A stretch of 64,000 nucleotides of DNA from Sphyrna mokarran. Its lineage: Eukaryota. Below, one piece after another: positions 11,690 through 23,940 of this stretch. The notes beneath the pieces are model-generated. The model was not told the DNA's origin and did not search any database. It saw only the letters and a program-made list of their open reading frames with translations. The stretch is from assembly GCA_024679065.1 (NCBI GenBank), contig JAGIQG010000011.1:68758001-68822000 (forward strand), given 5' to 3'. Position 1 is the first letter of the stretch, and each line of letters starts with the position of its first letter. The position numbers were made by a program, and so were the translations under genes.

Positions 11690-12330
11690 AACTATGGGGA
11701 AAATAGTAGAATTTTATGTTTGATGATAGGGGTAAACATAAAAGGAGATCTTGATAATGATTTACAAAGAAAGGCCTATGCCACAGTTAAGAGTGTTAGG
11801 TTCCATTTTGGAAGCTTCATTACAAAAAAGGCATTGAAACCTTTGAGTGCAAACAGTGCATCTTCACCAGAAAGTTACTTCAGGGATAAGGAACAGTATT
11901 GACAAGGAGGAGATAAGAGATACTGAAACTTCTGAGAGAAGGCAATGACAAAGCACAAATAAAAGCAAAATACTGAGCATGCTGGAAATATGATACAAAA
12001 ACAGACTCCCTGGCAGTTTCTAGGGAGAGAGAAACAGTTAACATTTTGAGTCCATCTGACTGTTCTTCAGAGCGCCAGTAAACTTCAGAGCGGGTTATAA
12101 AATGAGATTGTAAAGTCATCAGGGGTTTTATTTGGGTGAATGGAGAAAGATGACTTCTTCTGATTAGAAAATCAGTGATCAGGTTCAATTGACAATTGTC
12201 TCCAAAATAAGGAGGAGAATGTTTAGGAAAAACTTATTTTTGTAGAGCATGGATAACATGCACAGCACCAATTTTTCTTTTGAGAATCCAACTATATGGC
12301 GAAAAGGATTCTTTAATGTTGCTGGCTGGG
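11690..12330 (+). mobile_element. Ancient CR1 3' fragment, interrupted at 11950-12072
   Basis: ttttggaagcttcattacaaaaaaggcattgaaacctttgag resembles FWSPHYKKDIEALE. Confidence 0.5.
11950..12072 (-). mobile_element. Short Penelope-derived terminal repeat with hammerhead-like core
   Basis: Minus strand CTGAAGA-ACAGTC-AGATG-GACTC-AAAA-TGTT. Confidence 0.6.
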
Positions 12331-12412
12331 GAAAAAAGACTGAATTGGAAAAGCTATAAATACCCATAACATCCTTTGGACAAGTAAGGAAAGTAAAAAA
12401 GCAAATTGGCAT

Positions 12413-12532
12413 ATTAGGAATTTTCCTCTCCCACCGGAATGATAGCGGGTGGGACACAGGCCATTTAGAGGTCTATTGATCTTGGGTGTTTTTTCCAGCT
12501 TTGGGGTCAGTGTGGTCAGAAAATTCGCACCC
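12413..12532 (-). mobile_element. ~120-bp MITE, family A
   Basis: Imperfect TIRs GGG..GAATTTTC; internal GTCAAT.GACC motif shared with six other copies. Confidence 0.65.
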
Positions 12533-12699
12533 ATTGGGTTTGCAGATACAACGAGTAGCCAAGTAATTAGAAAATTATTAAGCAATTTAATGAAATGAAG
12601 GTAAGCAAGGGTCGGAAAATAAAACACTTCAAGATGATAAAGCTGCTTTTAGTACAAAGGGAGTCGCAGAATGGCAAGCAGCGAAAGATTTCCTTCTAT

Positions 12700-13186
12700 C
12701 CTTAGATTCTAGAATATTATAAAATTGAAAAAGGTTTTCATGTAAAATAGAAAGAATTATGGTAAGTTGATGTTAATAGTGACTGTCATTAAAAAAAAGC
12801 AATTCAAGCTCACCCAGTGCAATCAAAAAGGTTTTAAAAGTAAGCAGAAAGGTCACGCCTAATAAATTTGTCATCGCATTTTGAGCATGTGATTGCATTA
12901 TGAAATGATGAGAGCGCGATTGCATATATCTTGACTTTGAGAAGGTTTCGACAAGGTCACTAAAAAGAATTATATCCACGAAATCAATGGTGTAGTCGGA
13001 AATTGAACAGAAAGTTGCTTTGAGAACTACAAGCAGCAAATAGTCAGGTTTTGAGGAGAGAATAAAAGCTTCAGCTGTGTCAATGGAACTGTGTCCAGAT
13101 TTGATCTGGGATTTATGGGATGCTAAATAATTGTCAATGAAATCAAGAATCCTTAAATTGCCGCTTGATACTAAATTTTGTCAGAA
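12700..13186 (+). mobile_element. Ancient CR1-type RT fragment
   Basis: Decayed RS.L.NL, IYLDFEK.FDKV and LK...DTK motifs. Confidence 0.6.
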
Positions 13187-13308
13187 ATTTCATAATGCAA
13201 TCACATGCTCAAAAAGTGATGACAAATTTGTTAGGCGTGATCTTCCTGCTTACTCTTAAATTTTTTTTTGATTGCACTGGGTGAGCTTGAGTTGTTTTTT
13301 TTTAATGA
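12786..13308. repeat. ~120-bp inverted repeat (arms 12786-12906 and 13187-13308, 280-bp spacer)
   Basis: caagctcacccagtgcaatcaaaaa...tgagcatgtgattgcattatgaaat versus atttcataatgcaatcacatgctca...tttttgattgcactgggtgagcttg. Confidence 0.92.
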
Positions 13309-13501
13309 TGTACACAGAGGGATTTCCTACGAAGGGACATAACATTTTATTTGGCAAAAGTCTGGAGATGTTGATGTCTTTAAGGGAAGGCAGAACTATA
13401 CCAAACTGAGTTAATCAAAAACAAAACCATGTGATTTGCAAAGAAGCAAGAGATTGTGAGAGTTTATATATAACTGAAAACATTTTTGCAATATGAACTA
13501 A

Positions 13502-13620
13502 GGATGGGATCTTCCAGCTGTGCTTGCCCTGGGAATTCCTATCCGAGGTAAATGGACCTTAGCACAGTTTGCCCCCACCTGCTATGATTCCTGTGCAGGC
13601 TGGACTTAAAAATTCCACCC
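13502..13620 (+). mobile_element. ~120-bp MITE, family A
   Basis: ggatgggatcttcc ... aaaattccaccc termini; ccgaggtaaatggacc core. Confidence 0.65.
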
Positions 13621-13629
13621 TATACCACA

Positions 13630-13718
13630 AGAGCAACTATACCTCAAAACTATTTTACTGGCTGTAAAGCACTTTGGGCCATCCAGGAGTCATGAAAAGC
13701 ACTATATAAATGTAGGTT
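13630..13718 (+). mobile_element. DeuSINE (SacSINE1/AmnSINE1-like) 3' tail
   Basis: actatacctcaaaa...tggctgtaaagcactttggg...gtcatgaaaagcactatataaatg matches the recalled DeuSINE L2-derived tail. Confidence 0.65.
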
Positions 13719-13978
13719 CATGTACATGTACACGAGTATACATGAGCAGGTGTGAGTATAAATACAATTAGATAATCAGCTGGCAAGAACATCAGGCGAT
13801 GAAAATGACTTAAAGTATTCGAAGAGCTCAGTTCAACCAAAAACATTCTGTTGGTTCATGTATACATTCATGCGCAGGAGTGAGTGTAAATACAATTAGA
13901 TGATCAGCTAGCTGGAACATCAGGTGAAGAAAATGATCTAAAGCACTAGAAGAGTTCAGGTCAATCAAAAACATCCTC
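13713..13978. repeat. Two-copy imperfect tandem duplication, unit ~130 bp
   Basis: ggttcatgta...gcagg.gtgagt.taaatacaattagat.atcagct...gaacatcagg.ga.gaaaatga...aaaaacat occurs twice. Confidence 0.9.
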
Positions 13979-14076
13979 TCTCTCTCTGAGCCATAAGTAT
14001 GGAAGTTCAAATTTTGCATGAGCACATCATCCAGATTGATGTGCAAGTACAATGGAGAAGAAGCGGTTAGAGATGC

Positions 14077-15179
14077 TGGGGGCAATTTCCCAAAAACGTT
14101 CTAAGTGCTGAATTCGCAGGAAAACTGGTGTAAATCACGATTGTTTTTTTCAGTAGGAGTTCACACTCGAATCTCTCACACTGTGTGCAAATGCAAAGGC
14201 CACAATCATGAACATCATTAAAAGCTCAGAGGTGGAGCCTATTCATGCCAGAGGCTGACAGTTCCAGACCTCTGCACATGCAGGGTGGATCCTATTTGCT
14301 GGCCAGTTCAATCATTGGCCAGCCTGGGACCTCGGAATGCTGCCCCTTCCGACACCCCCACGATCTGATCACAGCCCCCAAGAACATTCCTGGCCAGCCC
14401 CGAACCCTACATCCTGGACCATCGAATCTCCAGCATCCCACCCTGAAGTGACGATCTCCCCCATCTGCTGACAGACTCCCACCATGATTGACCACTGCCT
14501 ATCCCCCGCCACAGCAGATCACATCCCCACCCCACCCTAATTGCTGGCTGCCCCTCCAGCCCCGAATGATCTCCATGCAACATGGCAGCAGAATTCCCCT
14601 ACCCATAGCAACCACCCCCTAGGCCCTCGTCTAGGCCCCATCCCAGGAGGCTCCACCCCCAGACCCCTTGGCACTGCCCAATTCCCATACTGGAGTGCTA
14701 AGGTGCACTCTGGGCATTGGCACTTTGCCCATTGGGCATTGTCAGGGGGCACAGGTTGACACTGCCAGGATGTCCATTCCTAGGAGGCTCCTTTCCTAGG
14801 AGGCACCATCCCTTTGCCCCCACCCCTGATCTCCTGGGGCATAGAGGAGATATTGCCCCTTCACTCCAGTAGGGTTGTACCGCTAGTTTCCCAAAAATGG
14901 AGAGCTAGTTTGAACCCCAATGGAGTGAAAATTTACTGGCGGGAGATGCTAACAGGCCCAGAGATTTCAATCCCAGGCCTGCTAATCACATTTAAACAAA
15001 ATTACATATTTAAATTACATATCTGCTGTTCTCACTGGTTTCCAGCATGGCCCCAGTCACACCAGATTTCCAGCACTCTGAGATGCGCATGCGGTGATAA
15101 CCCACAGATTGGCCCATGCATATTCTCTCAGCCTGCCATGCGAAAAGATTAGTGCAGCGGGATGGGAGAATCTATCCTC
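14077..15179 (+). mobile_element. Large GC-rich non-autonomous DNA element with short TIRs
   Basis: Ends gggggcaatttccc / gggagaatctatcctc; 5' region homologous to 25067, 37878 and 59062. Confidence 0.65.
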
Positions 15180-15184
15180 TGCTA

Positions 15185-15330
15185 TTCTTTGGATAAGACC
15201 TTACATTTAGAACTCCAGCTATTAGGTTAGCCAGATGTTGAAGATTTCATGGCATTATTTAAAGAAAAGAGTTCACTGTTTTGTGACATTCCTTCCTCAA
15301 GATGGATTGACCTGATCCATATGTAGTTGA
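15185..15330 (+). mobile_element. Decayed Deu-domain fragment
   Basis: tctttggataagacctta...agatgttgaagatttcatggcattattttaaagaaaagag resembles the Deu core. Confidence 0.5.
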
Positions 15331-16733
15331 AATAACACATTGAAGGATACATGCTTCAGTGCACCCTGGAAAAAATTTCTTTAGGCGTAAGTTCTTCTTT
15401 TTGGATATTGTTCCAGTTATCCAGAGAATCAATCAGATACATGGAATGGATTAAAGAAACAATTAGCATTAATGGACAAAGCTTCACAATATGTGTGAGT
15501 CAGTTTTCAAATGGGAAGGGCAGTGAATGATTTGTCCAGTGCCCACCTATCCACTCAATCCTGTGTATTTTTATGGATGTTAGACCAGGCCTGGGGCAAC
15601 CCTCATGCCCTCATCCAAATTGAGACTCTTAATTGTGGGTCCCCAATTAAATTTTTAGCAACAAGCCAAAAAGCACACTCCCTCCCTTCACATCAATTAA
15701 ATTCTGTGCTATGTTTCACCATTTTTAGGAAGTTTTTGCTTGCTTTATAGCCAATGAGGTACCTTTGTAGGCGCAACACTATGCTAATGCAGCCCATCAG
15801 CTGGCTGATATGGAATCAAGAAATTTCCTAGTGGCAATCTAAAATTACGAGAAATTACTTAACGAAACAATCTAAAAGAGGCCAGTTTCAAAAGGAGAAT
15901 GTCATATACTCATTCTGCCAGCCAAACAATGTGAACATGTGTCAAAATCACTTACTCAGTGAGATTATTTAATTATAGAGCTGTAACTATATCCCCAGCA
16001 TGATGCTAGTTAGATTATTTCCTAACTTAGTTGAGAGGCATGATTTTTAGTTGTTGGCTAGGCTGTGTGCAATTTGACCCAGATACGTTTGGTGCCGTTC
16101 AGCATTGCTGTAAAATCAGATTCTCAGAGCATTAAATAATTTGGAGGAATGTGAGACAAATAAATTATGTAACAGGACAGTCAAATTATTTTTCCATGAC
16201 CTTGTACATTTCTTCCGTTTTAAAGGTAATATCAGCCACTTGGGTTCAGGTTAGCAATAACTCTTTCCACTGTTCTATTCTTCTTTCAAACACAATTTTT
16301 TAAAAATTGTAACAGATCCTTCAGGGGGAAGAAAGCAATAATGCCCTGTTTTGTTGTCAGCTACTACTGTTCCAAACGCGAATTCCCAGACACAAAAGTT
16401 TTACTTAAAAATAGCGTGCAAGTTTTTAACCAGAAATTTTACTTGAATTTGCTGCACTCATGATAATTTTACTTATTTATTTCAAGTCATCATTTAAGAC
16501 GGCGCAACGTCAAATTTATCAAAGTAAATGGACTAACTCATTGCAATAAATTCCCTGTCTTGGTTCATTCATTTTTAGAGAGATTCATGTAAAGAAGGGA
16601 ATATATATGATTAGTAAACATGACATCGTGTGAGCGTGGGGAGATAAATTATTGTTGATATAAATATAAAACAATGTAAAAAAATGAAAGGATGTCATAA
16701 AATTTGGTATACACACTTTGCATTCAATAAGTC

Positions 16734-16935
16734 ACAACTTGTATTTACATAATATCTTTAACATCCCATGGGAGTTCACAGGAATATTATCAAATAAAGC
16801 TTGATGCTAAGATATTAGGATAGGTGACCAAACGTTTGGCCAAAGGTATCCATGTTGTTGGTGCGGTGAAAGGAAGTGAGGGAAAAAGGTTTAGGCAGGG
16901 ATTCCACAGTTTAGACCCTCAGCAGTTTAAGTCAC
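16734..16935 (-). mobile_element. L2-type LINE 3' end
   Basis: caacttgtatttacat...gatattaggataggtgaccaaa...ggtttagg.agggattccacag. Confidence 0.6.
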
Positions 16936-16996
16936 GAGTATGTCAAATGAATTGTGCATTGGGCGTTTGTCGTGTTTTAAAATTACAACATTCACA

Positions 16997-17134
16997 GGCT
17001 AAAATTTTCCTCACAACTCATGTCCCCACCATCGCTGCAAGCCAAGAAGGACAATTTGGCATTTAGCCAAATCTCTGTTCACTGCAGCAGGACCACAGAA
17101 TCCTGCTGGCATGAATGGCTGGAAAATTCCAGCC
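16997..17134 (+). mobile_element. ~135-bp MITE, family B
   Basis: TIRs ggctaaaattttcc / ggaaaattccagcc; interior is approximately the reverse complement of 24733-24841. Confidence 0.65.
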
Positions 17135-17489
17135 TCCCTGTTCACTGAAGCTACCAACAGAACATTACAAGGCAAAGGAGTTTGCACATAGAAGCAAAGA
17201 CCATTTTAATAAAGGTATCATGTTGGCTCATGCACTTTGAATTCTGAGCAGGTCTTTGGTTGTTTGAAGTCACCTTGGCCACGAAGATGATGCAAATAAG
17301 AAGGTGTGGATCATTTTGTAAGGTTTTCCTACTCTCCACAGTGAAAATAGCATCTTAAATTGCAGTTGGCACTTCAAGCTGTACGCTTAGAGCTATAGTC
17401 AGGATGTGTTAAAGCCAAAAAGCCGCTCGGATCAACCAGAATTCTTTTCTGACAGGTTTCATCACTATGGTGATGAAAGTGGCATTGTC

Positions 17490-17850
17490 CATACCTAGGA
17501 ACTGTGTTGACATGCGGTCGCAAAATCCAGGTGTATAACAAGAAACCTGACACCAATGAGCCAAGGCATCATTGAAAGAGTGCAAGGTGCTTCACTAAAT
17601 TCAACCTCAAAGCAGGATACCATTAAATTGAACTTGCGGAAGAATCAAGGTACCTTATAGTACTTCCCACTCACATCTGACTTTTACGAAGGCTCAACCT
17701 TGGACTCAGATCAGCAGCTAAGATATTTCAGCACACATTTCAGTCTGCACTTCAGGGATTTAAAGACATGCCGAACATCACTGATGACATTTTCATCAAC
17801 AGTCACACTGAAAGTGAACTGGCGACACGCCTAATGCATGCCTACAACAT
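17490..17850 (+). pseudogene. Gypsy LTR-retrotransposon RT fragment
   Basis: Hand translation across frameshifts: RNCVDMR...FTKFNLKAGYH*IELAEESRY...FGLRSAAKIFQ...NITDDIFI. Confidence 0.8.
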
Positions 17851-18094
17851 CCTGTGGAATAGTTCTCGGTGAGCGTTATGTCTGGGTTTCACTTATCAAA
17901 AAAAATCACACACTATTGACCAAGAGCTAATGGAAAAAATCCAGGGATTTAGGCATACTTCGATAAAAATGATGTGCATAGCTAGAATTTAGATCAAATC
18001 ATGAGAGCAAGTGATGTATCACTTTCTCCTCAATTACAGGGTGACTCCTGGCTTGATTGCTGGAAAGACTCCATTTACAGGCATCTTTGCACAT

Positions 18095-19030
18095 CCCATG
18101 TATAATGCTGAGGAAACCCAACTGGAAAGAAATTTAGTTTATTATAGAATTCAAAGTAAAACCACTACTGTGGTGTATACACACCAGCCCCTGCTGGAAC
18201 TACAGTTCAGCAGGCCCACTCCAGGGCCTGCCTTATGAAAAACGTAGGTAATTGTTCCCCAGCTGGGCTGGCATTTCCTGTTATCAAGGGAACTAATATT
18301 CAACAAGCCTTACAGGAAGATCATCAGTAATTCCCTATGAGCCTTGTGGGAGTCATCATATTGCTTCCCTGCCAGAGTTTGAGGGTTCCCCCATCTCTCC
18401 CATGATGATGGGGCTTTCTCCGTCTCTTTCCCGTGATCCCATCTCCATTGCTTGTGGAGTCTGGTCAGGGGATGTGTAACAGACAGGTGAATACCTCTTC
18501 TGCAAAGAACATTGAACGGTCACCCTACAGCATTTGTCCTCAGTTGTGACCTCTGACTGAGTGTCTGCTGCATCTGTCTTGATGTCCCAGTGAGAATCTT
18601 TATCAACCAGATGTCTGGCTCTTGAGCTTTAAGAGGGCAGTGGTGGGGCCTTCTTCTCTTCATGGCAAGTTTTGTACCGCTTGACTAGGTTTTCAAAATC
18701 ACTGTCTGTGCCAGGTCATAGACATTGCTCCTTGCAAGCATGTTCATCTTAGAAAACCCTGGGTGGCCATTATGAAATTCTTGAAGTATATGCTGCTACC
18801 CTGAATGCCTGGGTCAATTACCTGGGCTCCATACAAGATGATGCCATTTTCTACACTCATTCCTGATAGTTAGAGAAATAAGGTTTCGAATCTTCTGTTG
18901 GATGCCCTTGTTGTCCACCACTTATGCCTGCTATGTAAAGTTGTGTCTTGTGAGGCATAGGTGCTTACAGGTCAAGGGAACTGATTCCCTGACTGTGGAC
19001 CTTGTGTTGGGGTCTAGTTGCAACAGACAC
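18095..19030 (-). mobile_element. Gypsy element remnant: integrase zinc-binding region plus probable 3' LTR (~18095-18360)
   Basis: Minus translation ENGIILYGAQVI...ILQEFHNGHPGFSKMNMLARS (18720-18870); LTR assignment is weaker. Confidence 0.7.
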
Positions 19031-19049
19031 CTACTAGATAATAAAAGAC

Positions 19050-20337
19050 ACTCTCCTAAGAACAGGATATGGCGCTCAACTCATTGATTGATGTGCCACA
19101 GCGAAAAACCACATAGACCTCCTCAGAAGACAAACACGGGACACGGCGGACAGAGTACCCGTCATTGTCCAGTACTTTCCTGGAGTGGAAAACCTACAAC
19201 ATCTTCTCTGGAGCTTTCAATACATTATCGATGAAGATGAACATCTCATCAAGGCCATCCCCACACTATTTGCCTTCAAATTGCATAACCTCAAAGAAAA
19301 CACTGTACGCAGAAACTAACTAACCTTCAGTAGAACAATAACCATGACACCTCACAACCCTGCCACAGCAACCTCTGCAAGACGTACCATATCATCAACG
19401 CAAATACCATCATCTCACGTGAGAACATCATCCACCAGGTACACAGTACATACTCTTGTGACTCGGCCAACATAGTCTGCTTCAAATATTGCAGGAAAAG
19501 ATGTCCTGAGGCATGGTACATTGGCAAGACCATGCAAACACTACAATAACGGATGAATGGACACTGCTCGACAATCACCAGGTAGGACTGTTCTCTTCCT
19601 GCTGGGGAATACTTCAGCAGTCAAGGGCATTCAGCCTCCAATCTTCAGGTAAGCATTTTCCAAGGTGGCCTTCATGACACATGACACTACTGAGAGAGTA
19701 GTTCTTTACTCAGAAAATAGTAAGCACGTGGAATGTCCTGCCTGCAACAGTAGTGGACTTGCCAACATTAAGGGCATTTAAATGGTCATTGGATAGACAT
19801 CTGAATGATATTGAAATAGTGTAAGTTAGATGGGCTTTAGATTGGTTTCATAGGTCGGCGCAACATTGAGAGCTGAAGGACCTTTACTGTGCTGTAATAT
19901 TCTATACTCTATATAACGCAGAATGGCCAAGCAGAAACTGATAGCCAAGTCCCGCATACATAAGCACGGCCTCAACTGGGATCTTGGGTTCACGTCACAC
20001 TATCTGTAACCCCCACAACTTGCCTGGGCTTGCAAAATCTCATGAACTGTCCTGGCTGGAGACAATTCACAGCTCTTTAACCTGCGCTTAACCCTCTCTG
20101 TGTTCACATTATCCGCACCTGTAAAGACTTGATTAAGACTCGCATTCCAACCATTATCCTGAAATTGAGTTTGTGTCTACATATGCCCTGATTGTGAACC
20201 AAATCCTGCATTCACCTGATAAAGGACCAGGGCTCTGAAAGCTCGAGATTCCAAATAAACCTGTTGGACTTTAACCTGGTGTTGTGAGACTACGTGTTGT
20301 GCCTACCCCAGTCCAATGCTGGCAACTCCACATCATG
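19050..20337 (+). mobile_element. Penelope-like element 3' part with GIY-YIG endonuclease pseudogene and terminal repeat
   Basis: PCHSNLCKTY...YSCDSANIVCFKYCRKRCPEAWYIGKTMQTLQ*RMNGH...HGLNWDLGF; terminal repeat contains CTGATAA...GAAA (20216-20240). Confidence 0.88.
19690..19912 (+). mobile_element. CR1 3' end inserted into the Penelope element
   Basis: ttctttactcag...tggaatg...ggtcggcgcaacattgag...tgtaatattctatactctat. Confidence 0.85.
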
Positions 20338-20794
20338 AGAGTTCTTTGTCACTTTATTTGTAATCTATATTATTTACTACTGCTAATCTCCAGTTTCACT
20401 TCAGCTACTTAATTTTGTGTTTATCCCCTAGCTCTGAGATCACAGTTTTAGATGAAAAACCTACTTACAATAGGAATTTAAAGAAGGGAATTACTATTCC
20501 ATGCGATCTTTTGTTTTTTTTTCAATTAAAATTGGATTATTGCTTTGAACCTCATGCATTTAAAAGTATCTCTGGTGCATTATGAAGGAAGCTGAGAATG
20601 GAAATGACTATGCTTCCTGGAGCAGTAAGAGAGTGTGAAGGAACTTGGCTTCATTGCGAAACCTGGTAACTGTCAATGCAGTTTGGAGCCTTCATTTGTG
20701 GGCTAGCACCAGTTGTCAGTTACGAATTTGTAACCTCAGACCACATATGAAAAGGAGAATTCTTTCTGCACAAAATGATGGACATTTTTAATAT

Positions 20795-21500
20795 TCATTT
20801 GTGGAATGTGGGTGTCACTTCACTGACTAGACCAACATATAATGCCCTTCCCTAAGCTGCCTTCTTAAACCATGTGGTACAGAGTGTTGTTAGGAAGGGA
20901 ATTCCAGGATTTTGACCCAGTGACAGTGAAGGAGCAGTGATATATTTCCAAGTCAGGATGGTGAGTGACTTGGGGGAGAACCTCCAGGTGGTGATGTTGC
21001 CAGGTATTTGCTGCTGTTGTCCTTCAAGAGAGCAGTGCTCATGGGTTTGGAAGCTGCTGCCTAAGCAAATTTGGCAGTGCATCCTGTAGATGGTACATGG
21101 CTGTCACTATTTGTCGATGGTAAAGAAATTGAATATTTGTGGAAATGATAGCAGTCAACCAGGCTGCTTTGTCTTGGATAGTGTTGAGCTGCTTAAGCAC
21201 TGCTGGAACTGCATTCATCCAAGCAAGTGGAGAGTATTCCATTGCAATCCTGACTTGTACCTTGTAGATGGTGGACAGCCTTTGGAGAATCAAGCGGTGA
21301 GTTACTCACTGTGGGATTCCTCTGACCTGCTCTGATGGCCACAGTATTTACATGGCTAGTGCAATTGGTTTCTTGTCACCAATAACCTCCAGGATGCTGG
21401 TAGTAGAGGATCCAATGATGGTAATGTCATTGAATGTCAAGGGGCAATGGTTAGATTAGAAATGGTCATTGCCCGGCACTTGTGTGGCATGAATGTTACA
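20795..21500 (-). mobile_element. Second LINE family, 3' fragment
   Basis: LSTIYKVQVRIAMEYSPLAWMNAVPAVLKQLNTIQDKAAWL (ORF 21039-21293). Confidence 0.8.
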
Positions 21501-21721
21501 TAGATCTGGATGATTTGTGGATTCTACCACCTTGTCAGATACTGTTGTATAGCAATGGTTTCTATTCCTGTAGGCTGACGCTGAATAACATACCAAATCA
21601 GTGACAATCTAAATGCTGAGATTTTAGGAATTCAGCAGTATCTCTCAGAATATAATCTGAATTATATTCAGATATTCCCCTGAATATAATCAAGGCATTT
21701 ACATTCTGATATGTGATAAAG

Positions 21722-22185
21722 ATGACACAGTGGTTAGCACTGCTGCCTCACACAGTGCCAGGACTCAGGTTCAGCTCCTGGCTTCGGTGACTGTGCATTT
21801 GGGTTTTGCACGTACTTCTCGTATCTGTGAGGGTTTCCTCCGAATGCTCTGGTTTCCTCCCACAGTACAAAGATGTGAAGGTTAGGTTGATTAAACATGA
21901 TAAATCACCCCATAGTGTCAGGAGGACTAACAGGGTAAATATGTGGAGTTAAGGAGGGGTATAGGACCTGGATGGGATTGTAGTCAATACAGACATTTGT
22001 GCTGAATGACCTCCCTCTGCACTGTAGGGATTCTATGATTGTATTCTAAGAAAGACATGCTGATTAGATCCTAAATTCTCTCTCAGTGTACCCACACAGA
22101 CGCTGGAATGTCGTGATTGAGGGATTTTCACAGTAACTTCATTGCAGTGTTAATGTAAACCAATTTGTGACTAATAAATAAATTT
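21722..22185 (+). mobile_element. HE1/V-SINE (21722-22040) followed by an alternative-tail SINE fragment (22052-22185)
   Basis: Head, V domain and ctgtagggattctatg tail, then attttcacagtaacttcattgcagtgttaatgtaa...tgactaataaataaa. Confidence 0.85.
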
Positions 22186-23940
22186 TCAATTTCATATGCT
22201 TAAGTATGCAAGAATGATGATTATAGGGAGGATTAAAAGAGTTCTCAGCAATGCAATATTGAGGCATAACTACGGTAGAGCAGCAATCATAGTCAGATTG
22301 CCAATCTGCTCTTAGTTACTTGCCGTGAAAAACAACTGCACATTTCTTGCCCAAACCTGTGGACTCGAGTAATGGGTGAAAAAGGCAGCAGAAATAGAGG
22401 TGTGGATGCTGTTACATATGTTGGGCCATAGCCCCTTTAAGGTGACAAATCATGTCATCTCGAGTGTGGGGTGAGCTTTCGGGATCTGCCCAGAGTGCGC
22501 AATGAGTGTTTGGAATGTGGAATGAATAGACCGAGTAAAAACTGGTGTTCCCTGATACTAACTGTAGGGTAGTTGTTAAAAAGAAACCTCAAAACAATGG
22601 AATTTAACAGAGAGCACACTTCCTTGCTTACAGTAATTATTCTGTAGATAGATTCATAGGTCCAACCACTGTGAGAAGCCAGGGAGAAGGTATGAGAAAT
22701 CCTGACATGGGAACTTCCCAACTCCCTGACCCACTGACCACTGGCTATATCCTGGAACTTGGATGTTATGGGCCATTATCCTCAAATAGGCATATCCTCA
22801 GCCATTCAAAAAGCAAATGCCACATACTTTAAAGACTATAGTAATTCACTGTTTAGCAGCAAACTGAGGCAGACAATTACTTTGTAACAGCCTTTAATAT
22901 AATTACTTAGAAACCATGGTGAACTACCCAGCGATTTTAGCTGCAATGTTTTACAAAATTACTGTCGAAAGTGATTTGATTAAATCTGCACTGTAAAATA
23001 AGACAGTGATAATTGTCCATCACAATGTGCCCCCACAGGAATTGGCTAAGTAGCTACATTTGGAGATAAGATTTACCTCCAAGGAGTAAACTTGGCTTTC
23101 TGTCGTCCCACTTAAGTAGGCAAAGAGATTTTGGTTCTTCCACTGTAATTGCATCCCTCAAACAAATACTAACAAGTATATATTTTGCTGGTGGTGATGT
23201 GCCATCTTGAATGTTAAGCAAACAGCAGTCATTTTTATTGACAAAAGTGAATGCACTGGTATCTACAAACACATTAATATCAATGTAATCAGTCAAATCA
23301 GATATTCATAATAATGCAAGAAACTAGGTTTATCTTTGCTTCTGGTGCTGAACCTGTCGTGTGCTACTGGCAAAAGAAAGCATCTGTTCTTTCATTTTAG
23401 CAGCAGAGAACTGTGTGCTGTCTGTGCGTTTTCTTCTGCTGGTTTCTAGCATGTACCAGTGATACAGAAGTTGAATGCGCTAGCAATTTCCACTTCCATT
23501 AAAAACATTGTCTCAGTGTTGTTCCTTAACAGGAAATTTATCTAATTAGCTGGCATAGCTCGAACTGTAGTTGAGACACAGTGTTTTGTCAAATTAGTTC
23601 CCTGCTAAGGCCAAGTAGTAGGTAATATGTTGGCAGCATCATGCAACAATGTCAGCATGTCCAGAAGGTCGTCCTCATCACCACACTTCCCACTTCCCCT
23701 TGACCCCACCCACCCCAACCATTCCTTCAAATTTTCAAGGCTGAAAGGTTCTGCTCCCTCAAAATGTTGACGAGACACTGACTTTGTAGGGGGCATTTGT
23801 GACTTTAGACAACAGTGTTAAGTGTTCCATTGAAGGAGATGAAAATAATGAGAGTTCCAATACGGAAAACCGATTTGCTATCAGCTATTTTACATTTCCC
23901 AGTCAAAATGACCTCCTCCGACATTTTTTGCAAGCTATTG

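Noticed and set aside
13980-14076. L2 RT-like peptide (LDDVLMQNLNFHTYG)
   Set aside because: It suggests the FH.YADD region, but the catalytic residues are absent and the match is short.
23054-23296. 80-aa ORF in unique sequence as a host exon
   Set aside because: No recognisable domain, no convincing splice pair, and the length is expected by chance.
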